From: Patescibacteria group bacterium
Lineage (GTDB): Bacteria; Patescibacteriota; Minisyncoccia; JAHISW01; Tagabacteraceae
Assembly (NCBI GenBank): GCA_018819015.1
Contig: JAHJQY010000016.1
Location: 18,064-82,063, forward strand
Length of the DNA stretch: 64,000 nt
Reading direction: 5' to 3'
Position numbers and translations under genes: made by a program. Of this stretch, positions 27,863 through 37,498 are shown one piece after another. Within the stretch, counting starts at the first letter, position 1, and every line of letters begins with the position of its first letter. The notes under the pieces are model-generated. The model was not told the DNA's origin and did no database searches. It saw only the letters and a program-made list of their open reading frames with translations.

Positions 27863-30040
27863 ATGAGAAAATTTCTTTTGGGCTTAATTACTTTTTTTCT
27901 TTTATGCGCCGTAATTGGCGGGATCTTATTGTTTGTCTGGATAAAATCCATACCCATACCGGACTTCCAATCTTTCAATGAAAGAAAGGTTGTTCAGTCC
28001 ACAAAAATTTACGACAGAACAGGAAAAATAATCCTGTACGATATACATGAAAACATAAAAAGAACGGTAATTCCATACGAAGACATACCCATTTATATAA
28101 AAAATGCGACGGTTGCCATTGAAGATTCCAATTTTTATCAACACAGAGGAATAAGTATCACCGGAATAATAAGGGCGTTTATGACAAATATAAAAAGCGG
28201 AAAAATAAAAGGACAAGGCGGATCAACCATCACGCAACAATTGATAAAAAACACTTTCCTAACTCCGGAAAAAACTTTCACAAGAAAAATCAAAGAAGTT
28301 ATATTGTCATTTAAACTAGAAAGGGCGGTTTCAAAAGAAGAAATTTTAACCCTCTATTTAAACGAAGTGCCTTACGGAGGAAGCAATTATGGGATAGAAG
28401 CGGCTTCTCAGTCTTTTTTTAATAAATCAGCCAAAGATTTAAATCTGGCTGAATCTGCCTATCTGGCCGCCCTACCCCAAGCCCCAAGTTATTATTCCCC
28501 CTACGGCATACATACGGACGAACTGGAACAAAGAAAAAACCTTGTTTTAAAAAGAATGCTGGATTTAAGTTTTATAGAAGAAGGAACCTATGAAGAAAAC
28601 AAAAATAAAAAAATAACATTTACCAATCCGGATGAAAAAAACATTAAAGCGCCTCATTTTGTAATGTTTATAAAAAATTATCTGGAAGAAAATTACGGAG
28701 AAGATATGGCGGAAAACGGCGGTTTGAAAGTTATAACTACTATTGATTTAGATTTGCAAAAAGAGGCGGAGAAATTAGTTTTTGATTATTCAAAAGAAAA
28801 TGAAGAAAAATTCAACGCAAAAAATGCCGGTTTGGTTGCCGTGGACCCAAAAACAGGCCAAATACTTGTTATGGTTGGATCAAAAAATTATTTTGACGAA
28901 AATTATGAAGGAAAATTTAATGTGACGCTGGCAAAAAGACAGCCCGGTTCCGCTTTTAAGCCCTTTGTTTACGCCACGGCTTTTAAAAGAGGGTATACTC
29001 CGCAAACAGTAGTTTTTGATTTAAAAACAGAATTTAACAGCTCTTGTAATCCTGATGGGTCGCCAAAAGAAGGAACAAAAGAGGAAGAATGTTATCATCC
29101 GGTAAACTATGACGGTATTTTTAGGGGCCCGATCACACTAAAAGATGCCTTGGCCCAATCTATAAATATTCCCGCAATAAAAACACTGTACCTGGCCGGA
29201 TTAAAAAACTCTTTGGAAACAGCCCAAAGTTTGGGTATAACAACACTAACAGATCCTTTGCGGTACGGCCTTACCCTTGTTTTGGGCGGCGGAGAAGTAA
29301 CATTATTGGAAATGACCGGCGCTTATTCTGTTTTCGCGAACAATGGTATTAAAAATAAAACAACCGGTATTTTAAAAATAGAAGATAGTCGAGGAAATAT
29401 AATTGAAGAATTTATTCCTGAACCAAAATCGGTTTTAGACCAAAAAGTAGTAATAATGATAAACAATATATTGTCTGATAATAATGCCAGAACGCCTGCC
29501 TTTGGAGAATCTTCATGGCTTTATTTTCCCAAAAGGGAAGTTGCCGTCAAAACAGGAACAACAAATGATTATAGGGATGCCTGGGTAATCGGCTATACCC
29601 CAAATTTCGCGCTTGGAGTATGGGTTGGAAACAACAACAACACATCTATGGAAAAAAAAGTAGCCGGTTTTATCGCCGCCCCACTGTGGAATTCTTTTTT
29701 TAAAAAAGTTTTTGAAAAACTTCCCAAAGAAGATTTTTTAAAACCAGAAAACATTAATACAGAATTATTAAGCGGTGTAAAGCCAATACTTAAAGGGTAT
29801 TGGAAAGGAAATAGAATATATTTAATAGACAAAACAACACAAAATCCCGCGACAGAAAATACGCCGTCGGAATCAATAGAAGAAAAAATACTTACTCAAA
29901 TTCACTGCATTCTTTATTGGGTTGATAAAAATAATCCAGCAGGAGAAATACCAATAAATCCAGAAAAAGATTCTCAATTTATTTCATGGGAAACACCAGT
30001 GAGAGAATGGGTAAAAAATCAAAACATAAAAGAAGATTAG
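27863..30040 (+). CDS. mrcA: Class A penicillin-binding protein (transglycosylase + transpeptidase)
   Basis: GT51 motifs 'IEDSNFYQHRGI' and 'GGSTITQQL'. Transpeptidase 'SAFKPFVYATAF' (SxxK) and 'KTGTTND'. Confidence 0.85.
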   Translation: MRKFLLGLITFFLLCAVIGGILLFVWIKSIPIPDFQSFNERKVVQSTKIYDRTGKIILYDIHENIKRTVIPYEDIPIYIKNATVAIEDSNFYQHRGISITGIIRAFMTNIKSGKIKGQGGSTITQQLIKNTFLTPEKTFTRKIKEVILSFKLERAVSKEEILTLYLNEVPYGGSNYGIEAASQSFFNKSAKDLNLAESAYLAALPQAPSYYSPYGIHTDELEQRKNLVLKRMLDLSFIEEGTYEENKNKKITFTNPDEKNIKAPHFVMFIKNYLEENYGEDMAENGGLKVITTIDLDLQKEAEKLVFDYSKENEEKFNAKNAGLVAVDPKTGQILVMVGSKNYFDENYEGKFNVTLAKRQPGSAFKPFVYATAFKRGYTPQTVVFDLKTEFNSSCNPDGSPKEGTKEEECYHPVNYDGIFRGPITLKDALAQSINIPAIKTLYLAGLKNSLETAQSLGITTLTDPLRYGLTLVLGGGEVTLLEMTGAYSVFANNGIKNKTTGILKIEDSRGNIIEEFIPEPKSVLDQKVVIMINNILSDNNARTPAFGESSWLYFPKREVAVKTGTTNDYRDAWVIGYTPNFALGVWVGNNNNTSMEKKVAGFIAAPLWNSFFKKVFEKLPKEDFLKPENINTELLSGVKPILKGYWKGNRIYLIDKTTQNPATENTPSESIEEKILTQIHCILYWVDKNNPAGEIPINPEKDSQFISWETPVREWVKNQNIKED

Positions 30041-30043
30041 GAG

Positions 30044-31147
30044 TTATATATTCTTCATCGGCATAATCAAACAAAAAAAAGATTTATCATCTAAGCTTGT
30101 TATTAAAAGTGGTTTTCCTTCTCCGTTAAATTTTAAAATAATTTTTTCAGAATTTACAGAAGATAAACAGTCAATTAAATAACGGTGATTAAAAACCATC
30201 ATTAGATCATCTCCCTCTGTTTCTGTTTTAATATTCACAGTGTGTTCTCCTAAATCAGGGTTGTTAGTTTGAACTTCTAGAAAATTTTCATCTTTGTAAA
30301 TTTTTAACTTTACTTCGTTTAATTTTCCGCGGAATATTGCCGAACTTTTTAAACAATTATTAAATTCTTTTTTGTTAACTATTGCTGTGTTGGTAAAATC
30401 AACGGGAATAATTTGTTTATAATCAATAAAATTTCCATCAGTTAAACGAGTTGTAAATTCAATATTATCGTTTTCTAAAATTAAATTGTTGTCGTCTGTT
30501 TTTATTACAATGTCTCCTTCTTGATTTTCAAAAATTCTTAATATTTCAACCGCGCTCCGATAAGGTATTAAAATATTGGGAAAATTTGAAAAATTATAAG
30601 GAATTGTTTTTTCAGATAAACGAAAAGAGTCTGTGGCAACAAAAGTTAAAGGTGTTTTTACTGAAGAAAACAATAAAATACTATTTATTTCCGGCTTAAT
30701 TTCTGACAATGAAGCTGAACAATAAACCGACTTTAAACCTGATATAAAATCATTAACAGAAACAATAAAAGAATTTTTTTCTTTTATTGTTGGCAATAAA
30801 GGAAAATCCTCCACAAGATAACCTTTTATGGTTGTTGAACTGTTTTTTGTTGTAATAATTAAATTATCTTTAATACTGTCTAGTTTTATTTCATTATGGT
30901 CTGGCAAAGAAGAAATAAGGCTGCAAAAAAGCTTAGAAGGTAGGGCGACTTTTCCCTCTTTTTCTATTTTTGCGGGTATTGAAATTTTTAAAGCTATTTC
31001 AAGATTAGTATTAAAAAAAACTAAAGAATTTTTATTGGCAGAAATTAAGACTGCGTTTAAAATCGGCAAGGTTGGATTACGATTAGGTATTTTTTCGCTT
31101 AACAACCCCGCTTTTTGTAAATAATGTTTTAAACAAGTTGCCTTCAT
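30044..31147 (-). CDS. dnaN: DNA polymerase III beta sliding clamp
   Basis: 367 aa, immediately downstream of dnaA, with a typical N-terminus 'MKATCLKHYLQKA'. Confidence 0.85.
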   Translation of the reverse strand: MKATCLKHYLQKAGLLSEKIPNRNPTLPILNAVLISANKNSLVFFNTNLEIALKISIPAKIEKEGKVALPSKLFCSLISSLPDHNEIKLDSIKDNLIITTKNSSTTIKGYLVEDFPLLPTIKEKNSFIVSVNDFISGLKSVYCSASLSEIKPEINSILLFSSVKTPLTFVATDSFRLSEKTIPYNFSNFPNILIPYRSAVEILRIFENQEGDIVIKTDDNNLILENDNIEFTTRLTDGNFIDYKQIIPVDFTNTAIVNKKEFNNCLKSSAIFRGKLNEVKLKIYKDENFLEVQTNNPDLGEHTVNIKTETEGDDLMMVFNHRYLIDCLSSVNSEKIILKFNGEGKPLLITSLDDKSFFCLIMPMKNI

Positions 31148-31345
31148 AATTAATTTAATATTTATTTAAATAATTTATTATTATTATTAAACATGTGGAT
31201 ATTGTTGATAACTTGAATTTGATTTGTAAAATTAAAGAATAAAAACATTTTTTAATTTAATAATTTGTTGATAAATATTTTATTAATCGTTGATATGTTA
31301 TTAATATAATAAATCCAATAATAACTTATAAACCAATTATCAACA
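31148..31345. promoter_or_regulatory. Candidate oriC: AT-rich dnaA-dnaN intergenic region with DnaA boxes
   Basis: Four to five TTATCCACA-like boxes, each 8/9 match: tgtggatat (31193-31201), tgttgataa (31203-31211), tgttgataa (31266-31274) and ttatcaaca (31337-31345). Confidence 0.6.
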
Positions 31346-32722
31346 TTATTTATACAAACAATCCCTTATTTTTTGTATCTCATCTTTTATTTGATAGTTG
31401 TTTTTTATATCTTTTGAGATTTTTTCATAAGCATGAATTGCTGTTGTGTGGTCTCTGCCTCCAAGTTTTTTTCCAATATATGGATAAGAAGCGTTAAAAT
31501 CTTCTCTTAATAAATACATTATAATTTGCCTTGGTAAAACATATTCTTTTCTTCTTGATTTTTCAAAAATAAATCTTTCTTCTATTTCATAAAAATCGCC
31601 TATAGTTTTAATTATTTTATTAAATGTTATTTTTTTCTTTGAATAAATAATGTTTTTATTGAATATTTCTTTTAATTCCTGGGTGGATAAATTTTTACCA
31701 AGAAGTTTTGATTGAGCCAATAGAAGATTTAAGGCACCCTCAAGCTCCCGCACATTGTTTTTTATTGTTGAAGCAATATAATTTATTGTTTCTTCCGACA
31801 AGTCAATATCTTTTGTTTGTAGTTTTGATTTTAAAATAGCTATTCTTGCTTCATATTCCGGTTCTGATATATCAGCCATCATTCCTCCTTCAAATCTAGA
31901 CCTTAATCTTTCTTCTAGATCAAGTATTGATTTTGGCGATCTGTCTGAGGAAAAAATAATTTGCTTATTTTTTTCATATAAAGAATTAAAAATATGAAAA
32001 AGTTCTTCTTGTGTTTTTGTTTTACCTGATAAAAATTGGATATCATCTATTATTAATAAATCATATTTTTTATAACCTTCTTTGAATTCATGTATTGTGT
32101 TGTTTTGTATTGAAGATATGAGCATGTTGGCGAATTTTTCCAAAGTCGTGTATTTTATTTGAGATTTTTCATTATCTTCTTTTATTTTATTGCCGATAGC
32201 TTGTAATAAATGAGTTTTACCCAAACCAACCCCTCCATATATAAATAATGGGTTATATGTTGTTCCTGGATTTTTTATCACAGCCACGGCGGCGGCATGA
32301 GCCAGTTCATTAAATGAACCAACTATAAAATCATTAAAAGTATAGCGGGGATTTAACGACTCTTTTGTTTCGTGGAATTCTTTAAATTCCATTTGTTGGC
32401 TTTCTTCTGTTTTTTGCGGCATTAATTTAATTGTCGAGATTTTTTCACAGATAGGCTTTATTTTATTACTAACAATATATTCTGTATCTTTGATTGACGG
32501 GTCTATTTTTCGTAAAGCGCTTATTATAAATTTATTATATTTGTTTTTTACCCATTCTTTACTGAAACTGTTCGGCACACCTATAAAAACAATGCCGTTT
32601 TCAGTTTTTTCTATATTGGTGTTTTTTAACCAGGTAACAAAATTAGCTTTTGATATAAGCATTTCCAATTCATTGAGTGTTTTTTCCCAGATTTGTCCTT
32701 TTTCTGTTTGTTGGGTATCCAT
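31346..32722 (-). CDS. dnaA: Chromosomal replication initiator DnaA
   Basis: 'GGVGLGKTHLLQAIGN', 'DDIQFL', and a C-terminal HTH 'LGGRDHTTAIHAYEKI'. Confidence 0.95.
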   Translation of the reverse strand: MDTQQTEKGQIWEKTLNELEMLISKANFVTWLKNTNIEKTENGIVFIGVPNSFSKEWVKNKYNKFIISALRKIDPSIKDTEYIVSNKIKPICEKISTIKLMPQKTEESQQMEFKEFHETKESLNPRYTFNDFIVGSFNELAHAAAVAVIKNPGTTYNPLFIYGGVGLGKTHLLQAIGNKIKEDNEKSQIKYTTLEKFANMLISSIQNNTIHEFKEGYKKYDLLIIDDIQFLSGKTKTQEELFHIFNSLYEKNKQIIFSSDRSPKSILDLEERLRSRFEGGMMADISEPEYEARIAILKSKLQTKDIDLSEETINYIASTIKNNVRELEGALNLLLAQSKLLGKNLSTQELKEIFNKNIIYSKKKITFNKIIKTIGDFYEIEERFIFEKSRRKEYVLPRQIIMYLLREDFNASYPYIGKKLGGRDHTTAIHAYEKISKDIKNNYQIKDEIQKIRDCLYK

Positions 32723-32841
32723 GTTTTGATTATAGCTTAATAAGAGAACAGACGTAAAATCGTCTAAATTGGTTATATGTTAACAATCTGTGTATTATTT
32801 GTGAATATTGCTTTTTGGTGATTATAATTTATAATAAAAAC

Positions 32842-32976
32842 ATGTCTGTTACCTATCAACCAAAAAAAAGAAAAAGGAAAAAAACTCACGGTTTTTTAAA
32901 AAGATCAAAAACTCCGGGCGGAAGAAATATTTTGAAAAACAGAAGGAGAAAAAATAGAAAGAAATTAACAGTCTAG
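32842..32976 (+). CDS. rpmH: 50S ribosomal protein L34
   Basis: [44 protein letters not shown], 44 aa, in the conserved position upstream of rnpA. Too short for the ORF track. Confidence 0.9.
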   Translation: MSVTYQPKKRKRKKTHGFLKRSKTPGGRNILKNRRRKNRKKLTV

Positions 32977-32985
32977 TTTAATGGC

Positions 32986-33324
32986 ATGTTGCCTTTTTTG
33001 AATAGGTTAAAAAAAGAAGACTTCAAATTATTAAAAAATTTTAAAAAAAAATTTTTTGTTTCCGATAATATTAATTTGAAGCTGTATTATTCCGGTTTCA
33101 ATCCAAGTCGTTTTTCTGTTGTTGTTCCGACAAGTTTTTCAAAGAAGGCGACAAAAAGAAATAAAATAAAAAGACAAACAAAAGCGGCTCTTTTGAATTA
33201 TTTAAAAAAAATTGAACCCGGCTTTGCTTCTGTTTTTTATTTTAAAAAAGAAACAAAAAATCTTTCTTTTGAAGAAATAAAAAAAGAGATATTGTTTCTT
33301 TTAAAAAAATCTAAAATTTTATGA
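32986..33324 (+). CDS. rnpA: RNase P protein component
   Basis: 112 aa and basic, with 'KRNKIKRQ'. Sits in the rpmH-rnpA-yidC context. Confidence 0.8.
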   Translation: MLPFLNRLKKEDFKLLKNFKKKFFVSDNINLKLYYSGFNPSRFSVVVPTSFSKKATKRNKIKRQTKAALLNYLKKIEPGFASVFYFKKETKNLSFEEIKKEILFLLKKSKIL

Positions 33325-34055
33325 TTGGGAATATTTATCAAATTGTTTTTTTTCAGCCGTTGTATAACGGTCTTATTTTTTTAACGAAAATTCTGCCGTT
33401 TAATGATTTAGGGCTGGCAATTGTTTTTTTGACGGTGATAGTCAGATTTATTTTATTTCCTTTGAGCCATAAATCAATAGTTACGCAAAAAAAAATAAAA
33501 ATTTTAGAACCGGAGATTAATAAAATTAAAAATAAGCATAAAGAAAAACAAGAAGAACAGACGAAACAAATAATGGCTTTGTATAAAAATCACGGCATAA
33601 ATCCCTTCTCTGGTTTCTTTTTAATTCTTATACAATTACCCGTTTTTATCGCTTTATATACGATTCTTAGAAATTTTTCTGCTATAAATTCCGATTTACT
33701 CTATTCTTTTTTGGGCGTTGTTGAAAAAGTGAACACATCTTTTTTGGGGTTAATAGATATTTCAAAGCCCAGTTATTTAATTTCTATTCTGGCGGGTCTT
33801 TCCCAGTTTTTTCAAATAAAATTATCTTTACCTCCCGGCAAAAAAATACCCCAAAAAGAACGTTCTTTTAAGGATGAGTTGCAAAGAAGCATGGGAATTC
33901 AGATGAGATACGTTATGCCCGTATTTATTTTTTTTATTGCCCAGCGTTTTTCCTCCGGACTGGCGCTTTATTGGACAACTTCAAACATTTTTGCTATATT
34001 TCATGAAATTATCGTAGCCAGAAAAGCAAAGAAATTAGAACAAAATGGAAGATAA
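33321..34055 (+). CDS. yidC: Membrane protein insertase YidC (short, Oxa1-like)
   Basis: 'QIMALYKNHGINPFSG' and 'LPVFIALY', with 5 TM helices. Confidence 0.85.
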   Translation: MIGNIYQIVFFQPLYNGLIFLTKILPFNDLGLAIVFLTVIVRFILFPLSHKSIVTQKKIKILEPEINKIKNKHKEKQEEQTKQIMALYKNHGINPFSGFFLILIQLPVFIALYTILRNFSAINSDLLYSFLGVVEKVNTSFLGLIDISKPSYLISILAGLSQFFQIKLSLPPGKKIPQKERSFKDELQRSMGIQMRYVMPVFIFFIAQRFSSGLALYWTTSNIFAIFHEIIVARKAKKLEQNGR

Positions 34056-34512
34056 AAAAATAGCAATAATTAAAAAATTAATGGAGGAATTGTTGGAAAA
34101 ACTGACGGTTTGCGCGGAGGTTGAAGTGCTGGAGACGACCGATGGACCAAAATTTATTGTAAAAACTCCAGAAGGTAGCTTGCTTATCGGGGAGAATGGC
34201 AAGAATTTAATTTCTTTTAATCATATTGTTAAAAAAATGGCCGGAAAAATTATCGGAAAAAACGAAGAAGAAAATTTTTCTTTTTCGTTGGACATCAATG
34301 ATTATCAGGCGAAGAAAATAGAAGATTTAAAAAATTTGGCCAGGGTGAATGCTCAGCGCGTCAGGTATTTTAAAAAGGAAATTGTTTTAAGGCCGATGAG
34401 TTCTTTTGAGAGAAGAATTGTCCACATGACTTTGTCGGATTGTCCGGATATTATAACCGATAGCATTGGCGACGAACCGGAAAGAAAAGTTACTATAAAA
34501 CCCTATCTCTAA
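34045..34512 (+). CDS. Jag/KhpB RNA-binding protein (KH + R3H)
   Basis: 'FSLDINDYQAKKIEDLKNLA' and an R3H motif 'ERRIVHMTL'. Confidence 0.8.
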   Translation: MEDKKIAIIKKLMEELLEKLTVCAEVEVLETTDGPKFIVKTPEGSLLIGENGKNLISFNHIVKKMAGKIIGKNEEENFSFSLDINDYQAKKIEDLKNLARVNAQRVRYFKKEIVLRPMSSFERRIVHMTLSDCPDIITDSIGDEPERKVTIKPYL

Positions 34513-35714
34513 TTTAATTGCAAGCTCCACAAGGCGCCGTCTTTTTTGTTTTGGAATAAAAGATAATTTTCACTATCGTCCGTGAAAAGATTTATGGCGT
34601 CAAAACCATCTTTGTCCATTATTATTTTTGTGGAGCCGTTGGCTAAATCTATAGCCCAAAGAGAATCTTCAAAAGAAATCAGTCCTTTATACCAGTCATT
34701 GGGATAATTGCCGCCGGGTATGGATTTTGGCGCGGCGCAGTATATCAGATTTTCTTTTGTTGGGCTGAAAAAACATTTTTCCGGAAGCACTTTATAAGAA
34801 AAATCGGAAAAAGTTTTTTCTTTGGCGTCGTATATTTTGGCGGAAAAGCCATTTTTTTCACTTTGGCTGTAAATTACTTTATTACCAACAGAAGAATAAA
34901 GCGCCGTCAGTCCTTTGATACCGCCGATTATTTTTGAAAAATCTCCCGTTTGGGGATTTAAACTATAAAAATATCCTTCAATTGAGGCAGACGGTTTGGT
35001 TTGAATGGTTATAATGTCTTTTTGTGGCCATTTGATTAAAAAGTTTTCAAAAGGTGAGGAAAATATTTCTTTTTGGTTTTTGTTTTCCAGAGAAGCCGTT
35101 ACGCCCGTCACCCCGTTATTTTTAAGCAGGTAAAATATTTTTTCTTGACTAGGCGACATAACTATGGCCGATAAGTTTAGGGGGAGGAAGCTCCCTTCTA
35201 GTTGGTTTGTCGTGGTAGTGGTGGATGTTGTTGGGGATGAGACTAAAAAAGTTCTTAAACTGTCAGTTTCCGGGTCAATATATTTTAAAGCGGCTTTTGA
35301 TAAATCATTGGACCAGACTGTTTCAAACACTTTTGGGATAGTGGTAATGCTGATTTGTTTTTTTTCTCCGCCACGCGGGCTTATTTCGTAAAGATGTCCG
35401 GTTGATTGCTCAAAATAATTTATCTTGCCGGTATTTTTATTGAAAACGGCGCCGGAAACGGGTATTTGTGTCAGCTGCGTTAATTTCCCCGCCGGCTGCG
35501 CTGATTCTGTTTCAGAGCTTTTGGGCCGGATACTTGCTATGGGTTGTTCAAACAGGCTTAAATCACCTCTTTCTTTGCTGGAGGGAAAAAGATAAGAGAA
35601 AAATCCTTGTTCTCCCGGCTGGGCGCTTTGCGAAGGCCAGAGAAAATATATAGCCAAACCAATAATGACTATCCCTATAATTATTCCTGTTATGATTAAT
35701 ATTTTTTTGTTCAT
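34509..35714 (-). CDS. Secreted hypothetical protein, beta-propeller-like, at the distal end of the T4SS-like operon
   Basis: N-terminal TM or signal peptide, then repeated beta-strand-rich segments. Confidence 0.4.
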   Translation of the reverse strand: MNKKILIITGIIIGIVIIGLAIYFLWPSQSAQPGEQGFFSYLFPSSKERGDLSLFEQPIASIRPKSSETESAQPAGKLTQLTQIPVSGAVFNKNTGKINYFEQSTGHLYEISPRGGEKKQISITTIPKVFETVWSNDLSKAALKYIDPETDSLRTFLVSSPTTSTTTTTNQLEGSFLPLNLSAIVMSPSQEKIFYLLKNNGVTGVTASLENKNQKEIFSSPFENFLIKWPQKDIITIQTKPSASIEGYFYSLNPQTGDFSKIIGGIKGLTALYSSVGNKVIYSQSEKNGFSAKIYDAKEKTFSDFSYKVLPEKCFFSPTKENLIYCAAPKSIPGGNYPNDWYKGLISFEDSLWAIDLANGSTKIIMDKDGFDAINLFTDDSENYLLFQNKKDGALWSLQLN

Positions 35715-35730
35715 GAAATAAAACCGATGT

Positions 35731-36147
35731 TTAAAGCGGTGTAATGCCTAAGTTTAAATTGACTAAGTCTGGATTGATGGTGGAAAGAATCAGCCACGCG
35801 CCAATAATTACCAATAATCCTAAGATGGCTTGCCAGATTCTGTTCTTTGCTTTTTCTACGGTGCTGGTATTGCCGCCGGCCATAATATATTCAAATCCGC
35901 CGACGGTTATGACAACGACAGCCAATATTCCCCCCAGTACAATGGCAAATTTTAAGACATCGTTGGCGTAAGAGGAAAAAGGTTTGACAGTTGGTGGGTT
36001 TGATGTTTGGTTGTGGGCTGTGAATGTTTCGTTTGGGACTAGTATTTCAGCCAGACTTTTGTTTGTGGCAGCAAAACTAACAATGAACAATATTCCGATT
36101 GCCGCGAAAACAAAAATTATCTTATTAAATTTTATATTTTTCTTCAT
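35731..36147 (-). CDS. TrbC/VirB2-like pilin
   Basis: 138 aa: a signal/TM segment, a ~40-aa hydrophilic stretch, then two hydrophobic helices ('FAIVLGGILAVVVITVGG' and 'AILGLLVIIGAWLIL') separated by a short loop. This is the VirB2/TrbC architecture. It is operonic with the VirB4-like ATPase. Confidence 0.5.
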   Translation of the reverse strand: MKKNIKFNKIIFVFAAIGILFIVSFAATNKSLAEILVPNETFTAHNQTSNPPTVKPFSSYANDVLKFAIVLGGILAVVVITVGGFEYIMAGGNTSTVEKAKNRIWQAILGLLVIIGAWLILSTINPDLVNLNLGITPL

Positions 36148-37121
36148 TAAAAATTGATATTTAAACTTTCCTCGGCAAATTGGAAAAAATTAGCCAAATT
36201 TTTAATTTGCAGATTTATGGCGCCGGTTCCAGTTATGCCGGTTGGCGTTTCAAAATTCATAACTTTCGGATTGTTTTCTTCCGGCGCTATGTTTTGGCCA
36301 TTCATTTTCCAATTGTAATCAAGTTTTTCCGGGTTGGAGAAAAAGAATGGCTCGGCTATAATGTTAATTGTTTTAACTAGCATTTGGAATTCGCCCTTAA
36401 TGGCTTTGTTGAACAAGGTTCCCAAGCTGGGGTTGTCTTCGTAGAAAATTATTTCCGGCTTTGCTTGGTTGGCCGGCAGTATTATGGTTTTTTCAAAAAC
36501 AGCGCTTTTGTCCGCGTTAGAAACCTTAACAGTTACGGCGTAATTATTATAATTTTCTATTTTGAACGAAAAAGAATTCTTTTTATAGCCCGAAGAATTC
36601 AATATTCCTTCATAATTTAAAGACCATTCATAAAATAAATTTGACGGCAGGATTCTTTTTCCGCCGGAAAACAGGTGGGGGATGGCGACTGCTTTTACCC
36701 GCGAGTCTATAACGGGGAGCGGCAGGCCATTATACCAATAAGGAGCGCAAGTCATGGCTTCGCACAAAAGATCTACATCGTTTCCTTGCAGTATTAAAGT
36801 TTTTGTTAATTGAATATCATTTTCGGTCGTAACAGAAACGGAAATTGTTTTGCTTTTTCCGGCATCGGGCGCCACGGTTTCTATAGAGGTTTTACCGATG
36901 CCTTTTTCGGTGGTTTTGTCTCCGATGCGCCAGATGATATTGCTTCGGCTGGCGTCAAAGCCGGAGCTGTATATTTGCGCTTTGATAGGCGAACCCGGCG
37001 TTGGATTTTGAGGAACAATACTTATGGAAACATTTTCCCCGAATGCCCGGGCATTTTGGAAAAAGGCCAATAAAACAAGAATTACGCAACCAAATAAAAA
37101 TTTTAAAATTTCTTTTCTCAT
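36147..37121 (-). CDS. Secreted hypothetical protein (T4SS-like operon)
   Basis: 324 aa with an N-terminal signal peptide. Confidence 0.4.
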   Translation of the reverse strand: MRKEILKFLFGCVILVLLAFFQNARAFGENVSISIVPQNPTPGSPIKAQIYSSGFDASRSNIIWRIGDKTTEKGIGKTSIETVAPDAGKSKTISVSVTTENDIQLTKTLILQGNDVDLLCEAMTCAPYWYNGLPLPVIDSRVKAVAIPHLFSGGKRILPSNLFYEWSLNYEGILNSSGYKKNSFSFKIENYNNYAVTVKVSNADKSAVFEKTIILPANQAKPEIIFYEDNPSLGTLFNKAIKGEFQMLVKTINIIAEPFFFSNPEKLDYNWKMNGQNIAPEENNPKVMNFETPTGITGTGAINLQIKNLANFFQFAEESLNINF

Positions 37122-37129
37122 TTTTTAAA

Positions 37130-37498
37130 TTATAACATTTCTTTGGTAAAGATTCTTACCAGTGTGGCGCCAAAACAGACAGGCAGAACTCCCACAAAGA
37201 AATCAATTATACTTCCAATTCCTATCGTTAATACTGTTTTTTCTATATTTTTTCCACCAAAATTAAGATAAAGCACTCCGCCCCAAATAAAGTTAAATAA
37301 AGGCGCGCTAAATGGAATCATGGCCAGTAGGTCAAATAACAGCGCTCCTGATAAAATCAGCCAATGTTCAGATAATTTTTTTCCGACAGACATTGCTGCC
37401 ACGGTTTTTTCAATGGGATTTTCTTCGCCTTCTTCTTTTTTTCTGTCTTCTTGTAATTGCATCAGCCGTTCGTTTTCAATTGTTGTCGCTTGGTCCAT
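37130..37498 (-). CDS. Small membrane protein (T4SS-like operon)
   Basis: 122 aa with about three TM helices. Its start overlaps the end of the VirB4 ATPase ORF. Confidence 0.4.
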   Translation of the reverse strand: MDQATTIENERLMQLQEDRKKEEGEENPIEKTVAAMSVGKKLSEHWLILSGALLFDLLAMIPFSAPLFNFIWGGVLYLNFGGKNIEKTVLTIGIGSIIDFFVGVLPVCFGATLVRIFTKEML

